DNA of 64,000 nucleotides from Alphaproteobacteria bacterium (GTDB lineage Bacteria; Pseudomonadota; Alphaproteobacteria; JABAAW01): NCBI GenBank assembly GCA_965216605.1, contig CBDCGG010000002.1, positions 1,159,871 to 1,223,870 of the forward strand, read 5' to 3'. Shown piece by piece: positions 58,218 to 64,000 of this stretch (position 1 is its first letter; each line of letters starts with the position of its first letter). The notes under the pieces were generated by a model. It saw only the letters and a program-made list of their open reading frames with translations, ran no database searches and was not told where the DNA came from. The position numbers and the translations under genes were made by a program.

Positions 58218-59795
58218 ATGACTTCAAGCAACTATCGCGTCCGTCGCCGCTCTTTGGTTTCCCAAAAAGCAGGAGACGGAGGCTCGGCGCTTTTGCCGAC
58301 AAAACGCAAGGCGCTCTCGCAGCGCTACAACAGCGCGCGGCGTAAAATTGCGATCCCCTCAGACAAGAAGTCTAGGCTTCGCGATGCGACCCTCATGTGG
58401 CGCACCTCGCGCGGCGTGCGGGCGTTCCATCTTCCCGTCTCGCGCCAGCGCATGCTTTTGGCTAGCGCGTGTGTGAGCTTGTTCATCGTCGCCTCCTTTT
58501 CGGGATGGCTCTTATGGCAGCGCGGCGAGATCGCCGTAGAAAAACGCAGGTTAGAGGACAGCGCAGCCCTTCTGCGCGTGGCGCACAACGCCTTGCTCGA
58601 TGGCGGAAACGGACTTTCGGGCCGTTCGCGCTCGACAGCATTGCTTGCGATATTAGAGCCCGACCTGAACAAGAAGGAACGCAGAGAGAAGGATCTGCGT
58701 CTTTTGCGCGATCGCGATGACTTGAAAAAAGTCTTGCGGCGCACAGAGCGTTTTTTGTCTCGTGCGCGCAATCGCAACAGCGATCTGGCTTTGGAGCGTA
58801 TTGCTCTAACCCAAAAGAACGAGCGTCTTCACCGAGATCTTCGGGCTTTGAATCAGGATTTGTCGTTCAGGCGCACGGCGTTGAACGATGCCGAGAAGCT
58901 TCGTTCGAGTGCGGAAGATCGCCTTGCCTCTGTCGAATCGAGCGCGTTGTCTTTGTTGAAAGATCTGCGCGGCGTGTTGGGGTCGAACAAAGATAGTCTA
59001 CGGGCTTCGACGGACGATCCGATGGTGGCAATACGCGATTTGGCGAAGGATGTTGCCAAAGAGGCGCGAGGGCGTCGCAAGCGGCTCACCTACTATTCGG
59101 AATCGTTGGACTATGCGATTGCGGGGTTGGAGCGCACAGTTTTCAACATGGGCATTATGCCCGATTTCTTGACGGGTTTGGGCTACACCATTTCGCCCGT
59201 TATCGCGAGAGGTGATACTTCGGGGTCGAACGGAGACGATTTGTTGAGCGCAGGCTTGGGAGGTCCTTTGGACGGAGAAGCTGTAGCAAAGGGGAGCGAG
59301 GATGATACAGAGGACGACGGTCGAACTTTTGCCGATTTGGACGACAAGTTTGAACGCTTCGATGCCTTGCGCAAGTTGGTGGGCTGCATGCCTTTGTCGC
59401 ATCCGTTGCGCGGAGGTGGGCGTTTCATCAGCGGCTACGGCAGACGGACAGATCCTTTCACGCGCGAGCCTGCGATACATTACGGCATCGATTTCGGAGC
59501 ATGGTATGACACGTCTGTTTATGCGGGCGGCAAGGGTCGTGTTTCCTTCACCGGTTACAGAACCGACTACGGTCGTGTAGTCGAGATCGATCATGGATGC
59601 GGCTTTCTGACGCGCTACGCGCATTTGGGCGACATTAGTGTGAAGGTTGGCGACGAGGTCGATGGAGAAACTATCGTGGGAGCCGTCGGCAACACGGGAC
59701 GCAGCACGGGTCCGCATTTGCACTACGAGGTAAGGTTGCAGAACAACCCCTTTGATCCGAAGCCTTTTGTCGACGGGGTGCGCGATGTTTTCTAA
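58218..59795 (+). CDS. M23-family peptidase with N-terminal TM and coiled-coil region (EnvC/NlpD-like)
   Basis: LytM/M23 motifs HYGIDF…, …HLHYEV. A long coiled coil precedes the catalytic domain. Confidence 0.75.
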   Translation: MTSSNYRVRRRSLVSQKAGDGGSALLPTKRKALSQRYNSARRKIAIPSDKKSRLRDATLMWRTSRGVRAFHLPVSRQRMLLASACVSLFIVASFSGWLLWQRGEIAVEKRRLEDSAALLRVAHNALLDGGNGLSGRSRSTALLAILEPDLNKKERREKDLRLLRDRDDLKKVLRRTERFLSRARNRNSDLALERIALTQKNERLHRDLRALNQDLSFRRTALNDAEKLRSSAEDRLASVESSALSLLKDLRGVLGSNKDSLRASTDDPMVAIRDLAKDVAKEARGRRKRLTYYSESLDYAIAGLERTVFNMGIMPDFLTGLGYTISPVIARGDTSGSNGDDLLSAGLGGPLDGEAVAKGSEDDTEDDGRTFADLDDKFERFDALRKLVGCMPLSHPLRGGGRFISGYGRRTDPFTREPAIHYGIDFGAWYDTSVYAGGKGRVSFTGYRTDYGRVVEIDHGCGFLTRYAHLGDISVKVGDEVDGETIVGAVGNTGRSTGPHLHYEVRLQNNPFDPKPFVDGVRDVF

Positions 59796-60348
59796 CAACA
59801 AGGAAAAGGGCAAACCTTCTGTGCCTGCCGTGTCGCAGGCGATCGACCTGAAGCAGGAGTTCATCGAGCTGGAGGAGGGGGCACCTTCGATCTTGAGTCG
59901 CGCGGTTTTCGTAAAGGGAAATATTCAGAAAAACGGAGACATGCATATGGAGGGAACTTTGCAGGGCAACATGCGGGCGAGGACGCTCACCTTGGGATCG
60001 ACCGCGCAGGTGCGAGGCAATATATCAGGAGATCATGTCAGGTGTTCGGGAAAGGTGGAGGGAAATATCACGGCAAGGGTCGTCGAGTTGTTTTCAACCG
60101 CTCGCGTGAAGGGAAATATAGTTCATGAGACTTTGGCGATCGAGGGGGGAGCTCAGTTGGACGGGATGTGTCGGAGGAGCGGCGATTTGTCCAAGTCGAT
60201 GGAGAAGGTTTTGCAAGAGGACGGATTCGATCCAACGGTGAGCCCGACCGACAACGGAATCACCGAGAAAAAGGGCGGAAGAAGTGTTATGGGATTCGGC
60301 GTGCCGAACAATAAGGACAAGGCGGCGGTGGTCGCAACAAAGCCTTGA
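59785..60348 (+). CDS. Bactofilin (CcmA/DUF583) family protein
   Basis: Beta-helical repeats KGNIQKNGDMHMEGTLQGNMRARTLTLGSTAQVRGNISGDHVRCSGKVEGNITARVVEL.... Start at MFSNNKEK. Confidence 0.7.
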   Translation: MFSNNKEKGKPSVPAVSQAIDLKQEFIELEEGAPSILSRAVFVKGNIQKNGDMHMEGTLQGNMRARTLTLGSTAQVRGNISGDHVRCSGKVEGNITARVVELFSTARVKGNIVHETLAIEGGAQLDGMCRRSGDLSKSMEKVLQEDGFDPTVSPTDNGITEKKGGRSVMGFGVPNNKDKAAVVATKP

Positions 60349-60349
60349 G

Positions 60350-60480
60350 GCGTTAAAGCGCTACGCGCGCGTTGTTTTCTTGTCAAAACACAAGTTCCGT
60401 TTCTTGGGTTTTTACCGCTACCAGTTAACATTAATAAACAAAGCAAGTCTGTTGCACGAGCGCAACAGATATACATAAAC
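60350..60480. repeat. Degenerate copy of dispersed repeat (R9; module A-like)
   Basis: caagtctgttgcacgagcgcaacagatatac resembles the gtctgttgcg...cgcaacagac palindrome of module A. Confidence 0.4.
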
Positions 60481-60508
60481 CAACCTTCATTAAGACAAAT
60501 CTATTAAC

Positions 60509-64000
<3,492 letters not shown>

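Noticed and set aside
21183-60480. Possibility that the dispersed repeats are a CRISPR array or tRNA remnants
   Set aside because: Copies are kilobases apart, modular and variably oriented, with no regular short spacers. No cloverleaf-compatible sequence or TPsiC-like motif was found in or near them.

Overview
This is a high-GC (about 60-65%) bacterial chromosomal segment with two parts. (1) Positions 1-18.3 kb hold a type III secretion system (T3SS) locus. It has a minus-strand needle module including SctF, four plus-strand genes for disordered effector-like proteins (one carries EPIYA/NPxY-like tyrosine motifs), and a translocon operon. That operon has two tandem EspA/tip-like paralogs, two class II TPR chaperones, SctE and SctB. 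A core operon follows: SctJ, an SctK-position gene, SctL, SctN ATPase, SctO, SctC secretin and a STAS-like gene. The export-apparatus genes sctRSTUV/Q/D are not in the window. (2) Positions 19.7-64 kb are a housekeeping backbone: glyA, ribD-ribE-ribH-nusB-thiL, aldehyde dehydrogenase, sugar-acid dehydratase, HIBADH, BCCT transporter, dnaB, alr, mlaEF, radA-cvpA-purF, SDR, rpsF-rpsR-rplI, mnmA, gatCAB, an M23 peptidase, bactofilin, ligA and recN. This backbone is interrupted at nine or more intergenic sites by a modular, hairpin-rich dispersed repeat family. Four small low-GC (about 30%) islands sit directly beside copies of this repeat. They carry an RloC-like anticodon nuclease, a T5orf172/GIY-YIG-like protein paired with a Sel1-repeat membrane protein, an orphan N6A-MTase fused to T5orf172, and an unknown membrane protein. 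The most unusual signal is compositional. Every repeat copy is flanked by roughly 1-kb gradients of strand-coordinated transition skew. The plus strand is C-depleted and T/G-rich to the left, and G-depleted and A/C-rich to the right. This holds regardless of gene orientation and even switches inside genes and operons. It is the footprint expected of C->T deamination on the 3'-ending strand on both sides of each element, as with recurrent breakage and resection or a mini-terminus-like process. Many housekeeping proteins also carry charged low-complexity tails or insertions.
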